Below are positions 49,116 through 57,956 of a stretch of 64,000 nt of DNA, piece by piece; position 1 is the stretch's first letter; each line of letters opens with the position of its first letter. The stretch spans positions 64,001 through 128,000 of the forward strand of contig CALSPG010000007.1 of the NCBI GenBank assembly GCA_943788175.1. The letters run 5' to 3'. The stretch is from an uncultured bacterium (GTDB lineage Bacteria > Fidelibacterota > Marinisomatia > Marinisomatales > UBA1611). The translations under genes and the position numbers were made by a program. Under the pieces are notes generated by a model. That model made no database searches, had not been told where the DNA came from, and saw nothing but the letters and a program-made list of their open reading frames with translations.

Positions 49116-50060
49116 ATGATTACAGATTATAATCGCCTATCAGGGCTTCACAAAGTCGCAATTCTTTTCTCAGTGCTTGGTGAGAGTCTTGCTATGTCTC
49201 TTATTAAAGGCTTGTCTCGTACAGAAGTTCGAAAAATACGAGCAACTATTCGCGAAATGGGTAATGTTTCCTTTACTCTAAAAAGACGAGTTATGGAGGA
49301 ATTTTATTTTGGGTTTCTGAGCGAACAATTCTCTGATGAAAGTGATAATAATGAAGACGAAGGACCTATTAAGCCTTTTGAGTTTTTAACTGAAATGACA
49401 GATGAGCAACTTATTGCATTATTAGCAAATGAAGATGTCCCAGTTGTAGGAATTGCATTAGCTCAATTAGACGCAGGTAAAAGAATGACTATTTTAGAGC
49501 GAATGAAGCCTGAACAAAAAGGTAAAGTCCTTATTGAACTTGGTAGTTTACAAGAAATTCCATTAGAAGCTATTGTAGAAGTAGCTGGGAAGCTTAAAGA
49601 AAAAGCATCTTATCTACCAAAACCAGTAGAGTTTTCTAGAGGGGGAGCGAAAGAAATTGCTGACTTAATAGGAGAAATGGATGCAGACGAAGGTGAAAGA
49701 TATATGCAAACTCTTCAGAATGAAAATTCAGAGCTTTATAAAGCTGTAAAAATGCTTGTTCTAACGTTTGAAGATATTTTAGATAATTTCCCAGATGGAA
49801 TTTTAAGAGATCTTTGTAATAGTGTTGAGCTTGATTCTTTGTCTATGGCTATGAAAGGCATAGATCAAGAGGTCGTAGATAGGGTAGTGGGTAATTTGCC
49901 TCAAAAGAAACAAGCCATGTTTGAACCAGTAGAGGGGCCTAAACCAAAAAGAGAAGTTGATGATGCTAGAAAAATTATTGTTTCTGCAGCGAAAGAAATG
50001 GAAAAAGAAGGAGCTTTTAATTTAGCTGATATGATGGGCGGCGGAGAGATGGTAGAGTAG
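49116..50060 (+). CDS. fliG: Rotor protein FliG (divergent)
   Basis: LSGLHKVAILFSVLGE N-domain, GG linker (SRGGAKEIADLI), LTFEDI, LSMAMKG, GP..REVDDARKIIV..EKEG C-domain. Confidence 0.92.
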   Translation: MITDYNRLSGLHKVAILFSVLGESLAMSLIKGLSRTEVRKIRATIREMGNVSFTLKRRVMEEFYFGFLSEQFSDESDNNEDEGPIKPFEFLTEMTDEQLIALLANEDVPVVGIALAQLDAGKRMTILERMKPEQKGKVLIELGSLQEIPLEAIVEVAGKLKEKASYLPKPVEFSRGGAKEIADLIGEMDADEGERYMQTLQNENSELYKAVKMLVLTFEDILDNFPDGILRDLCNSVELDSLSMAMKGIDQEVVDRVVGNLPQKKQAMFEPVEGPKPKREVDDARKIIVSAAKEMEKEGAFNLADMMGGGEMVE

Positions 50061-50087
50061 CATTATTGTTCTACAATTAATTGTTTT

Positions 50088-50115
50088 AAAAAAGCCCCGG
50101 TATCGGGGCTTTTTT
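50088..50115. terminator. Bidirectional intrinsic terminator between fliG and ppdK
   Basis: AAAAAAGCCCCG-gtat-CGGGGCTTTTTT between convergent genes. Confidence 0.93.
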
Positions 50116-50126
50116 AATTAATATAA

Positions 50127-52823
50127 TTAAACTAATTCAGCTTGTGCGGCTGAAAGTCTTGCAATAGGAACACGGTATGGAGAGCAGCTAACATAATCTA
50201 ATCCATTATTTCTGCAAAAATGAACAGAATCTGGGTCACCACCATGTTCACCGCAGATACCAATTTTTAAAGATGGATTAACTTCTCTTCCATACTGAAC
50301 TGCCATTGTTACCAATTTACCTACACCTTTAACATCTAAACTTTGAAATGGATCTCCTGGTAAGATCTTCCGATCTAAGTATTCAGGTAAAAAAGAGCCT
50401 ATATCATCTCTGCTAAAACCATATGTGGTCTGAGTTAGATCATTGGTTCCAAAACTGAAAAACTCTGCATGCTCCGCAATTTCATCTGCAGTCAAGCATG
50501 CTCTTGGCAGTTCAATCATTGTACCAACTAAATAGTTCAATTTTAAATTAAATTTATTTTCAACTTCTGAAGCTACAGTACGAATTATTTTTTCTTGGTC
50601 TACATATTCTGTAACAGTTCCTATTAAAGGTATCATTATTTCTGGTAAAACATTTAGACCTTCGTTTAATAGTTCTGCAGTTGCTTCCAAGATAGCGCGT
50701 GCTTGCATTTCAGTTATAGCAGGATAAGCAATTCCCAATCGGCATCCACGGTGACCAAGCATTGGGTTTAATTCATGAAGACTTGCTATACGTTGGCTTA
50801 TAACTGACTTGTCAATTCCTATATTATTTGCTAATTCAGTTATCTGCTTATCATCTAAAGTAATAAATTCATGAAGAGGAGGGTCTAATAGTCTAATTGT
50901 TACTGGCTTTCCTTCCATCGCTTTTAAAATTTCTTTAAAATCTTCTTTTTGAAATGGTAATAATCCCATTACAGCTTTTCTTCTGTTATCATCATTTTCT
51001 GACAGTATCATTTTTCTCATAGCAAGAATTCTTTTTTCATCAAAAAACATATGCTCAGTTCTACAAAGACCAATTCCTTCAGCACCAAATTTTATTGCTT
51101 GTTGAGCATCTTCAGGACTTTCAGCATTTGTTCTTATCTTTAACTTTCTATATTCATCTGCCCAAATCATTAATTCTTTATATTCATTATTTTTATCTGG
51201 ATCTGCTGGTATAAGATCTAATTGGCCAAGATAAACTACACCTAAGGTACCATTCATTGTTATCCAGTCACCTTCATTTATTACTTTACTGCCAATTGTT
51301 AGAGTCTTTTTTTCTAAAGATATATTGATTTCGTTACATCCTACAATACAGCATTTTCCCCACCCTCTTGCAACCAATGCAGCATGAGAAGTCATACCTC
51401 CTCTAGCAGTTAAAATTGCTTCAGCAGCATGCATTCCATGAACATCTTCTGGCGAGGTTTCTTCTCTAACAAGAATTACTTTTTCGCCCTTAGCATTCCA
51501 TGCCTCTGCATCATCAGCTGTAAACACCACTCTTCCTTTTGCTCCACCTGGTCCAGCTGGAAGACCTTTTGTCAATTTTATAGCTTTATCTTCACTAGCC
51601 TTATCTAAAGTTGGGTGCAGTAATTCATCAAGTTGATTTGGGTTGACTCTCATTAGAGCAACTTTTTTATCAATCATCTTTTCTTTATACATTTCAACAG
51701 CTATTTTTATTGCAGCTACGCCATTACGTTTTCCTACTCTGGTTTGTAGCATCCATAATTTCCCCTCTTCTATTGTAAACTCGATATCTTGCATGTCAGA
51801 GTAATGTTGTTCAAGTCTGTTTTTTATATTAAAAAGCTCTTCATATATTTTTGGCATTAAATCTTCTAATGAAGGTAGGTGATTTGTTTCTTCTGTTTTT
51901 GTGTCTTCATTCAATGGGTTAGGAGTTCTGAGTCCAGCAACGACATCTTCACCTTGCGCATTAGTAAGCCACTCGCCAAAGAATTCATTTTTGCCTGTAG
52001 CAGGGTTTCTTGTAAAAGCAACGCCAGTTGCTGAATCTTCCCCAGTATTTCCAAAAACCATAGTTTGAACATTTACAGCTGTTCCCCATTTTTCTGGTAT
52101 ATTTTCAATTTTTCTATAACTAATTGCTCTAGAACCATTCCAACTTTTAAAAACGGCTTCTATTCCGCCCCATAATTGATCTTCAGCATTATCTGGGAAT
52201 TCTGACCCGAGGGATGTCTTTATCTCATTTTTAAATATTTCTATAACCTTTTTCCAATCATTTTCAGATAAGTCGGTATCATTTTCTAAATTGTTGTTAG
52301 ACTTGTAAGTAGATAGATGATGTTCAAGTTTATGTCTAATTCCTTTATCTCCATCTGGTTCGATACCTGCAGCTTTTTCCATTACTACATCAGAATACAT
52401 TGTTATAAGTCTTCTATATGCATCATAAACAAATCTAGGGTTATTAGTTTTTTCAATAAGCCCGGGTATTGTCTCACTTGTTAATCCAATATTTAGCACT
52501 GTTTCCATCATACCTGGCATAGATTGTCTTGCTCCAGATCTTACTGACAAAAGTAATGGGTTGTCTGCATCGCCAAATTTTGTGCCCATTATGGATTCAA
52601 CTTCAGATAATGATTTTTTTACTTCACTAGTTAGGCTTTCAGGGAACGACCTATTATTTTTGTAATACTCTGTACAGACTTCCGTGGTAAGAGTAAATCC
52701 CGGGGGGACAGGAATGTCTAGCAAATTCATTTCTGCTAGATTTGCGCCTTTCCCTCCAAGTAAATTTTTCATATCAGCTTTACCATCTGCCTTACCATCA
52801 CCAAAATTATATACATACTTCAT
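50127..52823 (-). CDS. ppdK: Pyruvate, phosphate dikinase
   Basis: LLGGKGANLAEM, LLSVRSGA, phospho-His GGMTSHAA, GIGLCRTEHMF, FSFGTNDLTQ, GICGEHGG. Confidence 0.98.
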   Translation of the reverse strand: MKYVYNFGDGKADGKADMKNLLGGKGANLAEMNLLDIPVPPGFTLTTEVCTEYYKNNRSFPESLTSEVKKSLSEVESIMGTKFGDADNPLLLSVRSGARQSMPGMMETVLNIGLTSETIPGLIEKTNNPRFVYDAYRRLITMYSDVVMEKAAGIEPDGDKGIRHKLEHHLSTYKSNNNLENDTDLSENDWKKVIEIFKNEIKTSLGSEFPDNAEDQLWGGIEAVFKSWNGSRAISYRKIENIPEKWGTAVNVQTMVFGNTGEDSATGVAFTRNPATGKNEFFGEWLTNAQGEDVVAGLRTPNPLNEDTKTEETNHLPSLEDLMPKIYEELFNIKNRLEQHYSDMQDIEFTIEEGKLWMLQTRVGKRNGVAAIKIAVEMYKEKMIDKKVALMRVNPNQLDELLHPTLDKASEDKAIKLTKGLPAGPGGAKGRVVFTADDAEAWNAKGEKVILVREETSPEDVHGMHAAEAILTARGGMTSHAALVARGWGKCCIVGCNEINISLEKKTLTIGSKVINEGDWITMNGTLGVVYLGQLDLIPADPDKNNEYKELMIWADEYRKLKIRTNAESPEDAQQAIKFGAEGIGLCRTEHMFFDEKRILAMRKMILSENDDNRRKAVMGLLPFQKEDFKEILKAMEGKPVTIRLLDPPLHEFITLDDKQITELANNIGIDKSVISQRIASLHELNPMLGHRGCRLGIAYPAITEMQARAILEATAELLNEGLNVLPEIMIPLIGTVTEYVDQEKIIRTVASEVENKFNLKLNYLVGTMIELPRACLTADEIAEHAEFFSFGTNDLTQTTYGFSRDDIGSFLPEYLDRKILPGDPFQSLDVKGVGKLVTMAVQYGREVNPSLKIGICGEHGGDPDSVHFCRNNGLDYVSCSPYRVPIARLSAAQAELV

Positions 52824-52866
52824 TTATTTAATCTTTCTTTTATTTTGTCTATTAATGTTACTTGAA

Positions 52867-53853
52867 TTATTTATAGATATTTGAAATCCATGGTTTAAAC
52901 TTAAATTCTTTTTTTAGTTTTATGGAAACTTGCTTTGCTACAGAAATCATTTTGTACTCACCATGCTGGACTCTGAACCAAGTTCTCTCTTTTACCCAAG
53001 CTTCTGTTACTTTTGAGGGATAACCCAAATTTGTCATTTTTTTTGCTAGATTTTCTGCTGCTTTTTTATTCTCAAAAGAGTTTAGTTGAATTGTGTAATA
53101 CTCGGTTTTTCCTTTTTTGTCTTTTTTTAATATTTTGTGCGGAGGCGATGTTTTGACTTGATTAGCCAATTTAATAATAGGTTTTAAACCTGGCTTCTTT
53201 TTTTTAATCGTTTTTATGATGTTTATAGCTTCGGCTTTATTGATATAACCACTTGAAATTAACTTGTAGAAATCGCTTCCTTCAGAAGATTTAATTTTTT
53301 CTAAAGATAATGAAATATTATTTAAAGTTAGGTCTTTAAATAAATTTTTTGCGTTATTCTCATTTCGGAAAGATGCTATTTGCACATAGTAGTTTTCACT
53401 ATTTATGGTTTTTGACAGATTTTGTTTTTCTTCTGGAGGTTGGTTTAATTTTGTTGCAGGTGCTTCTTTTAGCTTTTTAATATTAATGTTTTTTTCATTG
53501 TTATCTTTTTTTATATCAGCTAAATATATGGCTTCTAACCAACCTTCTTTATTATTGAAAATAGTTTTGTAGTACACTTTTTCATTGTCCGTAGCGCTTA
53601 CTACTATTTTTTCAAGTGCATTTACTTTGATGAAAGCAGGAATTTCATCAATTATTTCTTTACTGAGGACATCTCCATACAGACTTGCATCTTGCTTAGT
53701 TACAAATGTTATTTCAACTGTTTCTTGTGACAGTATTTCATTTTGATTACCGCATGCAGAATGGGATGTTAAGGTGATTAAGATGAAGAGAATAACTATA
53801 AGATATTGGGATAATATTTTATAGTTTATATTTTTTAAATGATTATATCTCAC
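52867..53853 (-). CDS. Exported SH3-like + two SPOR domain protein
   Basis: N-terminal hydrophobic segment; YYKTIFNNKEGWL (SH3b-like); YYVQIASFRNENNA and YTIQLNSFENKKAA..WFRVQHG SPOR motifs. Confidence 0.82.
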   Translation of the reverse strand: MRYNHLKNINYKILSQYLIVILFILITLTSHSACGNQNEILSQETVEITFVTKQDASLYGDVLSKEIIDEIPAFIKVNALEKIVVSATDNEKVYYKTIFNNKEGWLEAIYLADIKKDNNEKNINIKKLKEAPATKLNQPPEEKQNLSKTINSENYYVQIASFRNENNAKNLFKDLTLNNISLSLEKIKSSEGSDFYKLISSGYINKAEAINIIKTIKKKKPGLKPIIKLANQVKTSPPHKILKKDKKGKTEYYTIQLNSFENKKAAENLAKKMTNLGYPSKVTEAWVKERTWFRVQHGEYKMISVAKQVSIKLKKEFKFKPWISNIYK

Positions 53854-53897
53854 AAGATTGCGACTAATTGTTAGTAAGATAATATTAATAAAAGTAA

Positions 53898-56800
53898 TTA
53901 AAAAACAGGGGAGAAGTATCTTATTTCTTTTAAATTCCCTTTATTGTTATAAAAATACCATTTATCAACCATTTTTCCACTTTTATATGCACCTTGCATT
54001 TCTTTGCGTGTCTTATCATAATCTCGCCAACTCGTCCAGGTACCGTCTTTTTTCCCATTTAGATATTCACCCTCTGTAAGTTTTCCATCCTCAAAATATG
54101 CTATCCATTTCCCGTTTTTGAGACCTTCGTTAAAAAGTCCTTCCTGAGTTTTTTTACCGCTCTCATTGTAAAACACCCACTTACTATGCGCATTACCATT
54201 TTTTAAGGTACCTTCTTTTTCTTTTTCTCCATTTTTATAATAAAATGTCCATTTACCATTGTAAATACCATTTTCATAGGTACCAATATCTTTTATTTGT
54301 TGGTTAGAGTAGTATGTTGTCCATAAGCCGTGTTTTTTGCCATCTTTATATGCTCCTAAAGTTTCTTTTCCACCGCTCCATGTTCCTCTGGGTTGAGGCT
54401 CTGGAACAGGCATTAAAACAACTTCAGGGACTTTTTTGCTCTCGTACCACCTAATCCAAGGTCCGTCTTTTTTACCATTCAGTAATCTACCTAAAAATAA
54501 ATACTCTTCTTCTTTGTTTTCATCTGCGATTACACCGGTAAACGGTTTGGTATTATCATTAATTTTATAGAGTAGTTCAGTTTCGTCAATTTTAGATAAA
54601 TCTTTAAATTTTACATGGTCAAGGTTTTTTCCGTAGTCAAAAGTAAAATCAACTTGCCCATCTTTATTCCAGTAAGTCCAAACACCTTCGGGTTTAGAAA
54701 GATTTTTTTCAATATTGGCAGATAAGTTTCCTTCTTTCTTCTTACTACCGTTTTTATAAAAATATGTAGTTAACCCATCTTTAATATTCTTTTTGTGGAA
54801 CCCTTGTTCCATAATTTGGTCACTATTTAAATACCAAGTTACCCATGGGCCATTTGCTATCTCTTTTCCTGTTTCAGATTCTCCTTTATAAGTAATCATT
54901 TTTGACCTGAAACCATCAATCCAAGATGTTGCAGGTCCGTTAAGCTCTCCGTTTTTCCAAAATTTTTCGTATTGTTTTCCTAGACTATCTGACGAAGAGA
55001 TAACCCATTTAGTTTCTCTTCCATTTAGGAGATCATTTGAATAAGTAAGCTCTTGAGTTACAGCTCCATCTTTATTGTAGTAAAGCCAAAGTCCAGATCT
55101 TTCATTTTTTGAAAATGTTCCCTCACTGCTTTTTATTCCTGTTGGAAACCACGAAAACCAAGCGCCCTCCTTTAAGCCGTCTATGTAGTATCCCTCTTCT
55201 TCTTTATTGTCGTTTAAATACCACCACCAGCTCCACAATTCATTACTTTCATCTTTATAGACACCATCTTTGTATTCCCAGTTTCCATTTTCTACATATT
55301 TAAGAGTGGGGTCTTCTTTATACCATTTTGTCCATCTGCCATGCGGGAGCCCTTTTTTATACCGTTGTTCTTCTTTTAGATGCCCATTATCAAACCAATA
55401 TTTATATAAGCTATCAACTTTCCCGAAACTAAAAGTTCCTTGTTCCTTTGATTTACCATTATTATACGAAAGAGACCATTCCCCGTGTTTTTTACCTCTA
55501 TAATATTCACCTTGGACTTCAACTTGTCCGTTATCATACCACTGAACCCATTTACCATCTCTCGCACCATCTAAAAATCTTCCAAGAAGTTTGTATCCTC
55601 TTTTACCACCAATTTCTTCAACGATTCCAGTATAAGGCTCATATTTACCAATCTTGTAAGTAATACCATCACGTTCTTCAATTTCACCTAAAGTGACTCT
55701 CTCTAAACCATCACCGTAATCAAATTTTAGCCACCTTTTTCCACCTTTTTCCCAATAAGTCCATTCGCCTTCTCTTTCTTTACCTCTCATGATGCCTTGT
55801 CTATCAATGTCACCTTCTTTATACCATTTGGTCACATTACCGTCGATTATATCATTTACAAAAGTTTCTTCATGGAGTTTATGATATGCAGCTCCAGAAG
55901 AATCATTCCAAACGGTCCATACACCATGTTTTTTTTCTTCTTTGTAGAAGCCTTCTTTGTCTTTGAGCCCATTGCTTCTCCACCAAACCCAGGGGCCATC
56001 TTTTTGACCTTCAAGATAGCTAGACTTGAGGGAGTCTACCCCGGTTGTATACCAATAATGCCAAGCACCATCTCTATCACCATTTTTAAAATTTTTATGA
56101 AACTTTTTGTGCTGATCACTTGAATCGCCAAACCATTTAATATGCGGCCCATTTTTAATACCAGTATTATAATTTATTTCTTCACTTTTCTGTCCGTTTT
56201 TACCCCAAAAAACCCATTTATTGTGTTTTTTGTTATCAATGTAATCTCCATCTTGTTCTTTGATTATTCCACCTTGGTACCAACGAATGTATTTACCGTT
56301 GAGTTTTCCATCACTATAAGTAGCAAGAAATCTTTTATTACCATTTTCATACCAAGTGTTCCAGGTGCTATCTCTTTCACCGTTTTTAAAGTTTCTTTCT
56401 CTTCTTTTTTGGCCATCTTCAAACCATTCTGTCCACAAACCTTCTTGTACACCATCGATGTAAAAGGTTTCTTCTTTTTTAATTCCGGTTTCTTTGTAAT
56501 AGAGTGTCCACAACCCTTGCTGCTTTCCATTAATGTAGTTTTTTTCTTCTATTTTGTTACCATTAGAGTTCCAGTAAGATTGCAGGCCACTAAACTTACC
56601 GTTAGAATAATTTAGTTCAGTTTTTCTTTTTCCATCCTTAAAAAATTCTGTCCATGTTCCATCTCGGTTGCCATTTAAGTAGTTGCCTTGGAGTTTTAAT
56701 TTTGGTTTAAATTCTGGGATAACTACTTCGATTGAGTCCCACCGTCCATTATTTTCTAGTGTATCTTTAGTATTGGCTTCACCATCTTCACCGTAATCAT

Positions 56801-56981
56801 ACCACCATACTTCTTGCCAATATTCTGCCCAAGCACCATTTCGAACACCGTTGGCATAATTACCTTCTACCTTCAGTCCACCATCAGGATATTTAGTAAC
56901 AACTAAACCATTGTTCTGTGCCCACATTGCAGATAGCAGTAAAACCGCAGTAAGTAACTGTTTCATAGTTTTTATATACAT
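53898..56981 (-). CDS. Large exported MORN-variant repeat protein (YwqK-like repeats)
   Basis: Signal peptide; dozens of ~24-aa G.W..WY.NG.K..EG.Y.NG units across 1027 aa. Confidence 0.88.
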   Translation of the reverse strand: MYIKTMKQLLTAVLLLSAMWAQNNGLVVTKYPDGGLKVEGNYANGVRNGAWAEYWQEVWWYDYGEDGEANTKDTLENNGRWDSIEVVIPEFKPKLKLQGNYLNGNRDGTWTEFFKDGKRKTELNYSNGKFSGLQSYWNSNGNKIEEKNYINGKQQGLWTLYYKETGIKKEETFYIDGVQEGLWTEWFEDGQKRRERNFKNGERDSTWNTWYENGNKRFLATYSDGKLNGKYIRWYQGGIIKEQDGDYIDNKKHNKWVFWGKNGQKSEEINYNTGIKNGPHIKWFGDSSDQHKKFHKNFKNGDRDGAWHYWYTTGVDSLKSSYLEGQKDGPWVWWRSNGLKDKEGFYKEEKKHGVWTVWNDSSGAAYHKLHEETFVNDIIDGNVTKWYKEGDIDRQGIMRGKEREGEWTYWEKGGKRWLKFDYGDGLERVTLGEIEERDGITYKIGKYEPYTGIVEEIGGKRGYKLLGRFLDGARDGKWVQWYDNGQVEVQGEYYRGKKHGEWSLSYNNGKSKEQGTFSFGKVDSLYKYWFDNGHLKEEQRYKKGLPHGRWTKWYKEDPTLKYVENGNWEYKDGVYKDESNELWSWWWYLNDNKEEEGYYIDGLKEGAWFSWFPTGIKSSEGTFSKNERSGLWLYYNKDGAVTQELTYSNDLLNGRETKWVISSSDSLGKQYEKFWKNGELNGPATSWIDGFRSKMITYKGESETGKEIANGPWVTWYLNSDQIMEQGFHKKNIKDGLTTYFYKNGSKKKEGNLSANIEKNLSKPEGVWTYWNKDGQVDFTFDYGKNLDHVKFKDLSKIDETELLYKINDNTKPFTGVIADENKEEEYLFLGRLLNGKKDGPWIRWYESKKVPEVVLMPVPEPQPRGTWSGGKETLGAYKDGKKHGLWTTYYSNQQIKDIGTYENGIYNGKWTFYYKNGEKEKEGTLKNGNAHSKWVFYNESGKKTQEGLFNEGLKNGKWIAYFEDGKLTEGEYLNGKKDGTWTSWRDYDKTRKEMQGAYKSGKMVDKWYFYNNKGNLKEIRYFSPVF

Positions 56982-57090
56982 ATTTTATACAAATGGAAGG
57001 AAAGCAAATATATTTCTACCTCCCCTCGGATTCCTTTTGTATTATAAATTTAAAACAACAATACCACAAAGTCAAAAAATGAATGAAAAA

Positions 57091-57912
57091 TTAATTTTTC
57101 TTATTTAACCTAATCCAGAAGCTTTGCCCGAATTTGTCGTTTAGGTTTATAAGGCCTTCGTTTGCGTTATTAGTTCCTAGAAAAACGGTTTCCGTTTCAA
57201 ATTTATTGTTTGTTCTTAGGTACCCACCGCCATCAGAAGCATTACCAATGAACGTAGTTAGTTTACCAAACCTATTATATGTTCTAAAATAACCACTACC
57301 TAGAAAAGATCCAGTTTCCCCAGAATTATCATAAATTCTAATTTGACCAGAGCTATCTGCTCCCGTTCCAACATAAATACTTTCTTGTCCACTAAAATTA
57401 TATGTTCTTAGGTATCCACCTCCATTTGTACCGGTACCGAGAAATATAGTTCTCTCTCCAAATTGATTATAAGCTTGAAGATATCCATCACCAATGTAGG
57501 ATCTTGTTTCTCCTAGTTTGTCGTAGATACGCAATTGGCCAGAATTATCAGATCCAGTACCTAGGTAAGAAGTTTCTCGACCTGAATTATTATAAGTTCT
57601 TATGTATCCACCGCCCATTCTTCCAGTTCCGACATAAGCGGATTCATCACCTTCTCCATTGTATGCTCTAAGGTATCCTCCACCATCTTTTCCAGTACCC
57701 ACAAATAATGTTGGCTCACCAAAAGTGTTATAAGTTTGCATGTAGCCATTTCCCATATAGCCCATAACTACACCGCGATCATCTTCAACCGTAATGCTTT
57801 TAACTACAAGGTGTCCAAGTTCATCGGTCTCAGGTCTAAATCCAAAGATGGATAGAAAAAGTAGAGTGATTAAAACTCCAATTATAGTACTTTTAACATC
57901 AATGAATCTCAT
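57091..57912 (-). CDS. Membrane-anchored protein built from ~10 Gly-rich beta-hairpin repeats
   Basis: N-terminal TM; repeats GGGYLRTYNxxGxETxYLGTG; AGGAGG RBS. Confidence 0.8.
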   Translation of the reverse strand: MRFIDVKSTIIGVLITLLFLSIFGFRPETDELGHLVVKSITVEDDRGVVMGYMGNGYMQTYNTFGEPTLFVGTGKDGGGYLRAYNGEGDESAYVGTGRMGGGYIRTYNNSGRETSYLGTGSDNSGQLRIYDKLGETRSYIGDGYLQAYNQFGERTIFLGTGTNGGGYLRTYNFSGQESIYVGTGADSSGQIRIYDNSGETGSFLGSGYFRTYNRFGKLTTFIGNASDGGGYLRTNNKFETETVFLGTNNANEGLINLNDKFGQSFWIRLNKKN

Positions 57913-57956
57913 TGTGCCTCCTGAAATTAAATTTCACCAAAATTATAAAGTTTAAT

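Noticed and set aside
42148-50060. Ordinary flagellar gene cluster or decayed flagellar relic
   Set aside because: No other flagellar gene in 64 kb; all ORFs are intact with key residues retained and specific remodelling. It cannot be fully excluded without the rest of the genome.
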